Shown: positions 1 through 9,723 of the stretch, one piece after another | Position numbering within the stretch: position 1 is the stretch's first letter | Layout: every line of letters begins with the position of its first letter | Virus record (IMG/VR): IMGVR_UViG_3300032225_002328 | Span: 1 to 24,901 of that record | DNA length: 24,901 nt | From: a virus | Lineage: Duplodnaviria > Caudoviricetes | Direction: 5' to 3' (one strand) | Notes under the pieces: model-generated | Databases searched by the model: none | Told to the model about the DNA's origin: nothing | The model's input: the letters and a program-made list of their open reading frames with translations, nothing else | Translations under genes and position numbers: made by a program

Positions 1-429
1 GATTAGACCTGTTACTTGAATACTATTTGCTCCAGTAATAGCATTGTTACTCATAGCAATTGAACCAGACATGGTGCCACCGGCAAGTGGTAATTTAGTT
101 GAATCAGATGCAGATGCTGATATATTTGCAAAAAGTGAAGAAGCCGAATTTGTAGCGTATGCAACAGACGCACTTGTTATGTTTGTCGCTGGATAATAAT
201 AACTTGCTGGCTGCCCGCCTAATGATGCTGAATTTAAAGCATAATTAACACTTGATGTCCAAGAGGTGTCATAGCTTACAGAGCTGCTTTTTACAAGGAC
301 TTGTCCAACAGTTCCACCCGAAGCCACTCCCGGACCTTGAACACCTACTGATGAAATTACAACATTATTATCCTGCTGAATTGCAGTTACATTATTGGCA
401 TATTGAACAATTGTAATATTTTCAGCCAT
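1..429 (-). CDS. Tail fibre / virion fibre protein, N-terminal 143 codons (runs off the window's left edge)
   Basis: Absent from the ORF track. ATG at 429 overlaps the upstream TAA (TAATG) and the frame is open to base 1: MAENITIVQYANNVTAIQQDNNVVISSVGVQGPGVASGGTVGQVLVKSSSVSYDTSW...STKLPLAGGTMSGSIAM. GGTxGQVLxK..YDTxW and LPLAGGTMxG are typical phage fibre motifs. Confidence 0.8.
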   Translation of the reverse strand, partial: MAENITIVQYANNVTAIQQDNNVVISSVGVQGPGVASGGTVGQVLVKSSSVSYDTSWTSSVNYALNSASLGGQPASYYYPATNITSASVAYATNSASSLFANISASASDSTKLPLAGGTMSGSIAMSNNAITGANSIQVTGLI

Positions 430-785
430 TAATTAATTACCCCGGGATCAACCAAAAACCAGCCCTTTAGCAATGTATATGTATTTGTTCCATTGGTAAT
501 TTGAACTTGATAGGCAGATTTCGGATAATTAAATGTTTTTGTTTTTGTACCAGTCAGGTTTATTGTGACAATCCCGCCGATTCTATCAATTGTTATTCCG
601 TCTCCGACAGAAGCAGATGTTGAAACTGATGCGGAGGCACAAAGAATTCTTCCACCCGGCTCATCTTTAATTTCCATTAATACAGAATAACCTGTTAAAT
701 TAATGGCGGAACCGCTGGAATTAGTATAGGTGAGTTGAACATTCCAAGAATCACCTTGAACTACATTATAATTTGTATCTTTCAT
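429..785 (-). CDS. BppU-N/LtfC-like Ig-fold fibre adaptor protein
   Basis: 118 aa with the pattern QGDSW..LTY..SSG.AINLTGY....IK...G.VTINLT...YQVQIT...LLKG.F.V.PGV. It lies between two fibre genes and has an AGGAG RBS at 791-795. Confidence 0.7.
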   Translation of the reverse strand: MKDTNYNVVQGDSWNVQLTYTNSSGSAINLTGYSVLMEIKDEPGGRILCASASVSTSASVGDGITIDRIGGIVTINLTGTKTKTFNYPKSAYQVQITNGTNTYTLLKGWFLVDPGVIN

Positions 786-800
786 GAGATCTCCTGTTAA

Positions 801-809
801 ATTATATCA
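801..809 (-). promoter_or_regulatory. Extended -10 promoter motif TGATATAAT
   Basis: TGnTATAAT in the 27-bp gap upstream of the RBS of 429..785. The same 9-mer recurs at other gene boundaries. Confidence 0.65.
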
Positions 810-812
810 TCT

Positions 813-3800
813 TTAAGTCAAATTACCTATTAGCAACCATTCATTTGTTGTTCTATACATTAGTGTTGCAGCGCCATATTTAGCTTTAATTGTTCTAGTT
901 GCAGCAGATGTTGGCGAATAATAATTTACTGATGCTCCAGATGCTGGAGTGATTGTTGTAGTTCCAGCTCCATATTGAATTATATCAATTCGTGTTCCCA
1001 CTGTCCATGCGACTGCAGAGGCGGCGGGAACTGTAATGGTATTAGCAGCAGATGATGTCATTTCAATAAATTTACCTGCATCTGTCAAGACTAAGGTATA
1101 GGCAGAGCCAGACTGACTGTTTGTTGCTTGATTGTAAATAACATTTCCTGATGCTGTAATATTTCCTGAACTATCAACTTTTGCCAAAATTGAACCCGCA
1201 GAGTTTTGCCATTCTTGCAGGTTTGCAGATTGAGATGCACTATTTCCACGAATGACAGCACCAATAGTAGTATCAGTTGCTGTAAGGACACCTAATGATG
1301 GTGTGCCAAGACTTGTTCCACTTGTTCTTACAAATAGCCGTGAAGCATTATCAAAACCGCTGTATGTGCTTCCATTAGTGTGATAGAATCTTGCAACATC
1401 AGCAGTTCCTGTTGCATTTGCATTTACTTGCAACCCAATCGCTGATGCTGCCGCATTTATTGTTGCTGCTGTACTAGATGATGGGGAAAGGGTTAAGGCT
1501 CCATTGGCGGATATTTTTGCAAGAATTGTTGTAAGGCTTACGCCGCTAAGGGTATGTCCTATTTGTAAATAATCAACTGTTTGAGCAGAACCAGTTCCTT
1601 GTATTTGTGCCATTGCTGTTGAATCTGTTGTATTTGTAAATCTTACAGGTCTTCCTGTGCCTTGAAATGTCAATGCACTTCCAAAAGCTCCGCTTTGACC
1701 AAATGCAGTTGAATTTGATGTTGTTCCATATAAAATATACGGACCATTACTTTGAGCCGATAATTGAATTTGATAATTGTTTGCTCCAGATGCAGTATTT
1801 CTTGCACTAATTGTGGAGGGTGTAGCAGAAGATGTTGAGTCAACAAAAATAAATCCATTCGAATCAACATATGATAATACTGAACCTGAAGAATTTTGCC
1901 ATTGTGTCAGATTAGAAGATTGGGAGGCAGAACCTCTAATAAGCAAACCATTTTGAGCAGACGCTGGTGTTAATGATAAAGAAAGCGCGGAAATAAGTCC
2001 AGTATTTGGATTATATGTTAATGGGCTAGTTGTATAATCAATTAATAATCCTGTAGTTCCAGAACCAGATGTGAATGTTAAATATCTTGTAGCATTTACA
2101 TTATCATCTGTAACTGCGATATTGTTTGCAGATGCTGCAGTTAATGCAGATGTTACAGAACCTGAAACATTTGATGCTAATATATAACCAGTGCTTGATG
2201 AATATTGAACAGATCCTGTAGCAACATTTGCGCCCAAGTTCACAACACCTGTAAATGTAGGAGATGCTCCAAATGAAGTCAAACTTGAATTAACAACATT
2301 GGAAGCAAGCGTTGTTCCTGTTAATGCTGATGCTGAAATGGAGCTAGCAGATATTGTTACAGAGTCTCCAAGTTTTACCTTTGAGCCATTAATTGTAATA
2401 AAATTATTATTTGAATATATATATCCATTCACATAAAGGTTTGATTCGTAATAAGACTGCATGTAGCCACCTGAACCAGTTCCTGTTGTTACACTTGGAT
2501 GATTAAAGGTAAAAGTTGTTGATGTAGGAATTGAAACAATTCTATAATATGCAGTTGTACTATCGGTATACTGACCATTAATACTAGCTCCAGATGTTGC
2601 AGTTGTACTATAAATATATAAAGGATCTCCAACCCTTAAGGATGAAGTATCTGAAATTGTTGCAGTAATCACATTTGCGGAAACAGTGTATGAAATTATT
2701 GAATATTGATAATAATCTCCCATTGTTACGCTTCCGCCATATTTTTTATTTAAATATAAGCTTGCAGCGGAAGCATTATATTGAGATTGTATATTTTGTG
2801 AATCAATAGCAATATTTTGAATAGATTCTGAATTTCCTACTATAATATTTTTTGATTGAGTTTTTCCAAAGATGTCTACTGAAAACGCTGGATCTGATGT
2901 TTCAGATATTCCAAATCTAACATTATATTGAGATACGGAACTTGTGGTTCCATAAAGTCCTGTAAAATTAGAAAATTGATATGTTGTTGGAGATGCAGAA
3001 AGTTCAAGTTGCATTCCATCATAATTTGCAGAATCATAACCATTCCCTGTTACTAGACCAGATCCATCAGTATTATATGAAACATCAAATTGCACATATG
3101 CAGTATTAGATAAAATTGTTGCCGATGCATAAGCTCTTGTCCATCCACTTGTCATATTAATTAGTGGACCTACTGCTGAAGCAACCATAATTCTTGATGA
3201 ATCATATTGATAAAAAATAGTTTGTGCAGAAGGACTATATGAAAATCCTGCATCTCCGGGAAATACATATCCCGAAAATGTATAAATATTTCCTGATGTT
3301 AATAGTCCGGACGTAGGAATTAAAATTGTAGTTATATTAGAATCGGGATAGTCTCCTAGGGCTTTAAAAGAAATATTTAATGATTTTCCACCATCAAATC
3401 CAATTCCTGAATCTATAGTTTTTACAGTTCTAAATCCTGCATAAGCTGTCCAATAGTTTAATCCTGATTTATTTGATGATTCAAAAGATGGATCATAGTT
3501 TGAAAATAAGTTTTTACCAGTTCCTTGTGTTGAACTAAGCTTATTGCTTGAGATTAACCAGCCACCGATTGATCCAGTTATGGCATTAAGCGTTCCGGCA
3601 AAATATGCGTCTCCACCTGAAGCAGTAATATAAAATGTTGATGAGCCTGCATTGTATCCAAATAATCCATCTTTATTAAATATTACTCCACTAGATGATG
3701 TTAATGCGGGAAGATTTGGAAAAGATCCCGCATACATTGATCCACCATTTAATTGAATGTTAGCGGCAGTATTAGATGTTGCAACAGTAGTGCTTGGGGT

Positions 3801-3914
3801 AGTAAATGTATAAACGGTTGACCAAGCGCCTGTTTGATCTGCAAACAAACCTCTTGCTTGAACATTATATGTTGCTCCCGGTTTTAATTTATCAAGATTG
3901 ATGGAAAATGTCAT
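813..3914 (-). CDS. Modular tail fibre / receptor-binding protein
   Basis: 1033 aa, S/T/G/A-rich. It has an N-terminal half-FN3 (LKPGATYNVQAR..GAWS..TFTTP), a CBM4/9-like domain (KNLF...PSFE...YTFSGYV...GWTR...DGMQLE; ~2980-3518), a small beta-barrel (~2497-2708), QWQN-type repeats and a C-terminal YTLVLTDAGK...IIQYGAG...WLLIGNL domain common in phage fibres. Confidence 0.8.
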   Translation of the reverse strand: MTFSINLDKLKPGATYNVQARGLFADQTGAWSTVYTFTTPSTTVATSNTAANIQLNGGSMYAGSFPNLPALTSSSGVIFNKDGLFGYNAGSSTFYITASGGDAYFAGTLNAITGSIGGWLISSNKLSSTQGTGKNLFSNYDPSFESSNKSGLNYWTAYAGFRTVKTIDSGIGFDGGKSLNISFKALGDYPDSNITTILIPTSGLLTSGNIYTFSGYVFPGDAGFSYSPSAQTIFYQYDSSRIMVASAVGPLINMTSGWTRAYASATILSNTAYVQFDVSYNTDGSGLVTGNGYDSANYDGMQLELSASPTTYQFSNFTGLYGTTSSVSQYNVRFGISETSDPAFSVDIFGKTQSKNIIVGNSESIQNIAIDSQNIQSQYNASAASLYLNKKYGGSVTMGDYYQYSIISYTVSANVITATISDTSSLRVGDPLYIYSTTATSGASINGQYTDSTTAYYRIVSIPTSTTFTFNHPSVTTGTGSGGYMQSYYESNLYVNGYIYSNNNFITINGSKVKLGDSVTISASSISASALTGTTLASNVVNSSLTSFGASPTFTGVVNLGANVATGSVQYSSSTGYILASNVSGSVTSALTAASANNIAVTDDNVNATRYLTFTSGSGTTGLLIDYTTSPLTYNPNTGLISALSLSLTPASAQNGLLIRGSASQSSNLTQWQNSSGSVLSYVDSNGFIFVDSTSSATPSTISARNTASGANNYQIQLSAQSNGPYILYGTTSNSTAFGQSGAFGSALTFQGTGRPVRFTNTTDSTAMAQIQGTGSAQTVDYLQIGHTLSGVSLTTILAKISANGALTLSPSSSTAATINAAASAIGLQVNANATGTADVARFYHTNGSTYSGFDNASRLFVRTSGTSLGTPSLGVLTATDTTIGAVIRGNSASQSANLQEWQNSAGSILAKVDSSGNITASGNVIYNQATNSQSGSAYTLVLTDAGKFIEMTSSAANTITVPAASAVAWTVGTRIDIIQYGAGTTTITPASGASVNYYSPTSAATRTIKAKYGAATLMYRTTNEWLLIGNLT
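1160..1950 (-). repeat. Internal ~35-aa protein repeats in the tail fibre (2 clear and 2 degenerate copies)
   Basis: GLLIRGSASQSSNLTQWQNSSGSVLSYVDSNG (~1855-1950) matches GAVIRGNSASQSANLQEWQNSAGSILAKVDSSG (~1165-1263). Degenerate copies QIQGTGSAQTVDYLQ..ILAKISANG and LQVNANATGTADVARF lie between them. Confidence 0.75.
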
Positions 3915-4768
3915 TAAGTCACCTGCAATGTATATTCAATTCTTGCACTTTGACCATATGTTTTAGTTATGAAAGGACTTGCATAGGCAGAACTTGCTTG
4001 TCTCGCTAGCACTAATTGAGATTCATCTTTGCTATAATTTTTAACAAACTTTAAATGATCTAAAAATAATTGACCATTAGCAGCTGTAAGAGTTATTGAT
4101 GCAGTTGCTATGGTATCACTGAATGCTGAATCTTTTGTATTAAAATTCATTTGCAATACACCCCATGTATTAGATGCGGTAGCAGACAAAGTTCCTGATG
4201 CCGTCCATGTTGTTCCCAAGTCGTCTACAAAAACTGTTGTTACGCTGGCTGCAGATATAGAACTAGAAACTAAATATAGCATATTTAAATAATCTGTATC
4301 AAAATATCCATCTGACGATGCATAAATATTGCTATTCCAGACAGTTGATCCTGCTTGCAATCTAACATCTTGTGTTCCCGCCCTAAACGAAGCAGTTGAA
4401 ACTGATGCAGTTGTACCTGTTTGATAAGACCAAGTTGAGGATCCTGATGTATCAACTTCAGAAAAATCCGTAATTGGAGTATGATCAAGATTTGAAAAAT
4501 TATCTTCTGTAGTTGGAAATACAGCAATTTCATATATTTTTGCAATTAAGTCTGTATCCATATAGCCACCAATAATTATTCTACTTCCTGATGCTGAATA
4601 AATAAAGTTTTTATCAGCTGAATATCTGGCAATTTCATATTGCAAGGCTGTAGTTGCGGATGATGTTGCAGTTGTGCCCAATAGACCAACTGCTATTGTT
4701 CCTGCCCAGTCTCCTCCTGCTCCACCTAAAAATTTATTAATTGAATAAACTCCACTTGAAGTAATCAT
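3914..4768 (-). CDS. Baseplate/fibre-attachment minor tail protein (DUF3751/tail-collar-like frame with an inserted jelly-roll domain)
   Basis: The pattern MIT..G...IAVG..GT......T.L.YEIAR...IYEIAVF...VLAR...ITK.....RIEY.L resembles P2 gpH N-terminal-like domains. The central ~150 aa ending WGVL...LFLDHLKF looks CBM-like. Coupled to both neighbours by ATGA and TAATG overlaps. Confidence 0.55.
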   Translation of the reverse strand: MITSSGVYSINKFLGGAGGDWAGTIAVGLLGTTATSSATTALQYEIARYSADKNFIYSASGSRIIIGGYMDTDLIAKIYEIAVFPTTEDNFSNLDHTPITDFSEVDTSGSSTWSYQTGTTASVSTASFRAGTQDVRLQAGSTVWNSNIYASSDGYFDTDYLNMLYLVSSSISAASVTTVFVDDLGTTWTASGTLSATASNTWGVLQMNFNTKDSAFSDTIATASITLTAANGQLFLDHLKFVKNYSKDESQLVLARQASSAYASPFITKTYGQSARIEYTLQVT

Positions 4769-5175
4769 GCTATGTTAATCCTAACTTCATAATCATATGC
4801 GTCATCGACTCCATCAAATGTCAAATTTGCAACGTAATATACAGATCCATCATTGGTATCTGTTTGTAACCTAAAACCTGTAATACTATCAATATTTAAA
4901 TTTTGTGGAGGATTTTGAAGAATATTGTCTGAAATTGCTAAATAATTTGGAAAATTATCTTCATAAAATCTGTTATTAGATAAATCATAAGTGTTTTCAG
5001 AAAGATATTTGTATTGATCAATCGAAGTAGGCGTTTTTGATGAAACAACTTGAATTCCCGGATTTTCTCTCAAGAATTCAATAGTATTCCTAGGATCATT
5101 TTCTGTAATATAAATTACAGGGTCTCTAGGTACCTGATTGTTAGTAGTTTGTTTAGTATAATCTTTATTAATCAT
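4765..5175 (-). CDS. Minor tail protein ending in an N-terminal half of an FN3-like domain
   Basis: 136 aa with a GGAG RBS at 5183-5186. The C-terminus reads NPPQNLNI...VANLTFDGVDDAYDYEVRINIA. Confidence 0.65.
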   Translation of the reverse strand: MINKDYTKQTTNNQVPRDPVIYITENDPRNTIEFLRENPGIQVVSSKTPTSIDQYKYLSENTYDLSNNRFYEDNFPNYLAISDNILQNPPQNLNIDSITGFRLQTDTNDGSVYYVANLTFDGVDDAYDYEVRINIA

Positions 5176-5193
5176 AATAATTCTCCATGTCTA

Positions 5194-5202
5194 ATTATAT
5201 CA
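5194..5202 (-). promoter_or_regulatory. Extended -10 promoter motif TGATATAAT
   Basis: Its TGA is the stop codon of the 1507-aa gene. It is followed by a GGAG RBS and the ATG at 5175. Confidence 0.65.
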
Positions 5203-8200
5203 ACTCATTCCAAACATTGGCTTTAGGATTAATTCTGTATCGAATCCTGCACCATAATTGTGACTTACTGACTTGACAAAAAAGTATTTTGGAATAACAC
5301 CTGCCTCTCTATCATATCCTATATTTTTTAAGGTATATACAAGTTGACAAAAATCTCCTACTTGTATCAAGGGGTTTCCAAAGATTTTTGCAGTAACAGT
5401 TCCATTAAATGTTTTGCTTAAGATTTGAACAAGATTAACAATATCTTCAGCATCGTTTCTGCTTTGAACCCAAGGTGAATCAATTTGAATATTTTCTTTT
5501 AAATTTTGAGAATTAATTACTTTTTCAATGTTATTATCAGTTGATAAAGTTTGTTTTACGGCATAAAGGGTTACAGGTCTAACAGGGACTTCACCAACTT
5601 TTCCAGAGTCCGTTGAAAGGTAGACAAGTTGATTTGTATTATTTACCATAGCCATAGATACTCTGAATGGAGATTCGCAAGGATCTGAATATGCAACATC
5701 TGTTTCTTGAACTTTATTGAGAGGACTTTCCTGCACTCCAACCTGAGGCAAACCATTTTCATCATGGTATGTGTATGTAGAGTCTGGATCATACTTTACC
5801 TTAATCCACTTAAAGGTTCCCGGCAAACAGGGAGAATACTCTAAGTCTCTACTTCTATAAATATTTAAACCTTTAAAAACAATTTCTGATGTCCACATAT
5901 AATATTTGTTTGTATTTGGAATATTTTGAACAATATTATTTAAATATTTTCTAGCTGTAAAATGGTATTTTAATTTATTTGAAACAATATCAGAATTTGC
6001 ATTTGCAAATGAATCTTGATTTGTTTTCCATTGAGCTGCATATATTTCAGAGATTGCAACTCCAGAATTTTGTGAATTATGATTGTAATAATAAACTCCA
6101 AAATTATTAAAACCATTCGATAATAAGTAATTTAGTAGTTTATACTGACCCAACCATTCTCCATTTATTCCAAAAAAAGAAATTTCCATACCAGTTTTTT
6201 TGTTGTCATTGATTAAAAAAGAAAACCTGTAGAGTTTTTCTTTTGATATTATAAAAGATGTTGGTATTGATAATTTTCCGCTCAAAGATGGACTGTTAGC
6301 AAAATCTGTTCCTAAAGCTGAATTTTGACCGATTACAATAAAAGTGCCACTAGAATTAAATTTTAAGCCTATATATATAGGGTTTGTTGTTGTCACTGGA
6401 GTTGTTGATAAATTTCCGCCCTGATCAAGATATATGCCTACTTCTTGATATTTATCTGTTATCTTGTCAACAATAGAAAAATCTATTGAAAAATAATTAC
6501 AATTTTTAGCTTTAAATTTTGGAACTACCACTCTAGATATATTTTTTAATCTTGTTGACAATGATTGAAGGCTTCTTGCATCAAGAGTCAGAACTGAACC
6601 CTTTTTGCTTAGTAGTTTGCTTTCAGGGACTTGAATAAATTGTGATTTTGGAGAAGCATTTTTTAATGAAGAGCCTCTTGATTTACTTGAAGTTTCTTTA
6701 AAATAAAAATAATTGTCTGGCAATGTAAATCCAGTTTTTGATTGACTTAAAAATCTTAAATGATCTTTTTCTTGAGTTCCATACTTTCCTCTTTCAAGTT
6801 CTACAAATTTTCCGGTGGGTTGAAAATAAAAATCTAAAGCTGTTGGATTTTCTGACTTTAATTGAGAAAGTGTTAATTGAATGTCTGCATCACTTCTTAT
6901 AATTGTTGTATATTTTGATGCATCGTCAACATCAATATTTCCGCACCAAAAGTCGTACTCCATACCGTTATATTTAATAATTTCTCCATCAACAAAACCC
7001 TCTCCAGAATAATCTGTAATTGAATTTAATGCTGTGTTCATAACTCTTGGAGAAATGTAAAGTGAATTTTGACCTGCAGTTAACTGTTGATCTAAACGAG
7101 TTGAAAATAATCCACTCATTTCTTTTGGACCCCACACTGGAGTTGCATCATTTCTGTATTGTTGTCTTGAACTTATTCCTATTGCAGATGAATTTAATGC
7201 CATGTTAATTGATGGAATTTTATAGTTAAAAATAATTTTTCCGGGGACTGGACCAATGTCATGACCAAATCCATCTGAAATTAAATTAGGAGTATATGTA
7301 ATTGAAGATGTTCCAATTTTATCAAGAAATTTATCTGTTACTGCAAAATCTGCTTTAAAACTTTTATCTAAATATGAATCAACAATTTGTCTAATGCTTT
7401 TAAATCTCATAATTCCATATTCATCAAACCATGCACCTATTTGATGTGAAACAAAAAATGATTGTAATGAATCAAATAAAGTTGCTTTTACGTCCGTCCA
7501 AAAAAAGGTTGTATCTTTTGCTGATTCTATTAAAACTGTTTTTAATTGATCATAGTCAAAATCGCTGAATCCGCCTGCTGATAGTAAATTAATAATTGTA
7601 TCAAATGCTGGTTCGTTGTATCCTGAATACTGTGGAGACTGTATTGCCATTAAACTATATTTGGCAAAATCATACAAATCTATTGATAATGTTGAAATAT
7701 CATTCATTGACCACTTATTTGAATACATTACAAACATTGGAATTTTTTCAGTAAAATCTTGTTGTGGAGAAACTAAATTAACAGAAAATTTAACTCCTTC
7801 TCTTAATAAATCTTTAAATGTTGAATTTTCAGATATTTGATCAAAAATTGTATATGGAGTTCCATTGTTATAAACAGGAATATTACTTATTTCAATTGTT
7901 CCTGAATTTGAGTTCATATAGCCCAATGGGAATCCCGCCGCCGTTTGCGATGCATCAATATCTTTCTTAACATTAAAACCTTTTGTCAATGAAGATATGT
8001 CAATTTCAAGTCTAGGTGAAATTTCAACAATATGCAATCTGTTTTGTGTAATTGAATCCCATCCGTCATTAGCACTATTAACATTTTTTAAAACTTTAAA
8101 ATTAATTTGAATTTGAGCAACATTTGATAAAGAATTTGTTATTAAACCAGAATCAGTTAGTGCTGGTGGATCAAATGTTCCTGAGGCATTCCATTTAATT

Positions 8201-9723
8201 CCATCATAAAAAAGAGTTAAATATTCTTTTCCATTTAAATCGGAACTTGAAAAACTTGCAGTTGATATTTGACTTCCTGCTGCATTATAAAAAGATACAC
8301 TACCCGATGAAATATTAGTAAATCTATTTATTGTTTTTAATATAAGCTTGTTTATTGTTAAATAATTATCATATCGTGCAGATATATAATGATCAACTGC
8401 TGCTGAGCCACTTTGAGTTTTTGAATTTGAAATATAATATTTAAATGTATTATAAACAGATGGCAAAATATTTTTTCTATAATTTGCAGCATCAAATCCA
8501 TCTGGATTGTAATAAGCATATGTTACTGGTTTATTAGTAGAACCATTCATAATAGTTGTTGAAGTATTTAATGGATTCAACAAAGATTCTCCGGGTCTAT
8601 TTGATTGAAAAATTTGTTCAATTGGATAGTAATACCCTGCATCATAGTTCCAATCATTAATTTGAATTAAATCAAATTTATCAAAATAAATTATTTGATT
8701 TGAATTAGTTGATGATAAGTTTAATGAAAGATTAAATTTATCAAATGTAGAATATGAACCAAAAAATACTTCTACTTTATTATATTGCACTCCGTTTGGA
8801 TAAAAAGAACCAATTATTTGACCTGTATCCATTTTTTCATCTTCATAAAACTTTACATAGTATGTTGCATCATCAATAGAATCTGTTCCATTATACAATT
8901 TAACAGAAGGAGAAACTGAAATTCCAGAGGGTTGTCCCGGAGGTCTGTGCATTTGATTAATTTCTATTTGACCTATACCCAAAACATTTGTGCTATCTGT
9001 AAATGTTACAGATGCTGTTCCACCACCTGTACTAATGTCTCTTTTTGTAACAGTTTTAAAATATTTTGGATATGGAACATAAGAATCATCATCAGATTGC
9101 TCTGAAAAATAAATATCATATTCAACAGCATTTGGATCTTGAGTCCAAGTTAGGACTGCTTTTGTGTTTGAATTAAATACTCTGCTGGTTGACTCACTGC
9201 CATCAATAGAAAATGACGGTCTATATCCACTTTTACTTACAGGGACAACCCATGCATAGAATTTAATTCCTCCCGGATTTGATGCAGTGGTAAATGATGC
9301 TGTTGTAACTCTATTAGTATATCCAACAACAAAATCCATGTCAGATTTTGTATAAAAAGTTAATTTGTAAAACGCTGGACCGGATACTGTTGCTGATGCG
9401 GTTATGCTTGCACTATTGTTAGTTGTAATAAATCTAACAGAGTTAATATCTTTTCTAGTATTTGTTATATATGCGGTTGATGCAGAATAAATATTTCCAT
9501 TAACAATGTAGTTTGTGCTTCCGGATTGAACTGTTGCATTTGTTGCAGTAAATGAAGATGTAGAGTTAAAAATATTAAATGATGCTGTTGAAAGTTGATT
9601 TGAAAAAACATTGTATGGCTTGTAAATATTGTTATAATTCCATTCAACTAAAGTTTCTGGATTCATATTGATAGAATTATGTGCTGCAAATGTTTGTTCT
9701 GAATTTCCATTTAACTTAAGCAT
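5200..9723 (-). CDS. Large tail tip / baseplate hub (Tal-like) protein
   Basis: 1507 aa directly after the Dit. Hub-like motifs are WFDEYGIMRF, DGEIIKY, ERGKYGT and a C-terminal IDSPWVQS..DAE...IFGNPLIQVGD...YFFVKSVSH. An FN3-like segment (VLTWTQDPNAVEYDIY) lies in the N-terminal part. Confidence 0.75.
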   Translation of the reverse strand: MLKLNGNSEQTFAAHNSINMNPETLVEWNYNNIYKPYNVFSNQLSTASFNIFNSTSSFTATNATVQSGSTNYIVNGNIYSASTAYITNTRKDINSVRFITTNNSASITASATVSGPAFYKLTFYTKSDMDFVVGYTNRVTTASFTTASNPGGIKFYAWVVPVSKSGYRPSFSIDGSESTSRVFNSNTKAVLTWTQDPNAVEYDIYFSEQSDDDSYVPYPKYFKTVTKRDISTGGGTASVTFTDSTNVLGIGQIEINQMHRPPGQPSGISVSPSVKLYNGTDSIDDATYYVKFYEDEKMDTGQIIGSFYPNGVQYNKVEVFFGSYSTFDKFNLSLNLSSTNSNQIIYFDKFDLIQINDWNYDAGYYYPIEQIFQSNRPGESLLNPLNTSTTIMNGSTNKPVTYAYYNPDGFDAANYRKNILPSVYNTFKYYISNSKTQSGSAAVDHYISARYDNYLTINKLILKTINRFTNISSGSVSFYNAAGSQISTASFSSSDLNGKEYLTLFYDGIKWNASGTFDPPALTDSGLITNSLSNVAQIQINFKVLKNVNSANDGWDSITQNRLHIVEISPRLEIDISSLTKGFNVKKDIDASQTAAGFPLGYMNSNSGTIEISNIPVYNNGTPYTIFDQISENSTFKDLLREGVKFSVNLVSPQQDFTEKIPMFVMYSNKWSMNDISTLSIDLYDFAKYSLMAIQSPQYSGYNEPAFDTIINLLSAGGFSDFDYDQLKTVLIESAKDTTFFWTDVKATLFDSLQSFFVSHQIGAWFDEYGIMRFKSIRQIVDSYLDKSFKADFAVTDKFLDKIGTSSITYTPNLISDGFGHDIGPVPGKIIFNYKIPSINMALNSSAIGISSRQQYRNDATPVWGPKEMSGLFSTRLDQQLTAGQNSLYISPRVMNTALNSITDYSGEGFVDGEIIKYNGMEYDFWCGNIDVDDASKYTTIIRSDADIQLTLSQLKSENPTALDFYFQPTGKFVELERGKYGTQEKDHLRFLSQSKTGFTLPDNYFYFKETSSKSRGSSLKNASPKSQFIQVPESKLLSKKGSVLTLDARSLQSLSTRLKNISRVVVPKFKAKNCNYFSIDFSIVDKITDKYQEVGIYLDQGGNLSTTPVTTTNPIYIGLKFNSSGTFIVIGQNSALGTDFANSPSLSGKLSIPTSFIISKEKLYRFSFLINDNKKTGMEISFFGINGEWLGQYKLLNYLLSNGFNNFGVYYYNHNSQNSGVAISEIYAAQWKTNQDSFANANSDIVSNKLKYHFTARKYLNNIVQNIPNTNKYYMWTSEIVFKGLNIYRSRDLEYSPCLPGTFKWIKVKYDPDSTYTYHDENGLPQVGVQESPLNKVQETDVAYSDPCESPFRVSMAMVNNTNQLVYLSTDSGKVGEVPVRPVTLYAVKQTLSTDNNIEKVINSQNLKENIQIDSPWVQSRNDAEDIVNLVQILSKTFNGTVTAKIFGNPLIQVGDFCQLVYTLKNIGYDREAGVIPKYFFVKSVSHNYGAGFDTELILKPMFGMS

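Noticed and set aside
979-987. Intragenic TGATATAAT
   Set aside because: It falls within I-D-I-I codons of the fibre with no adjacent gene start. One chance copy is expected.
813-1950. Diversity-generating retroelement or invertible fibre cassette
   Set aside because: There is no reverse transcriptase, recombinase, adenine-specific TR/VR pair or inverted repeat. The repeats are diverged protein-level duplications.
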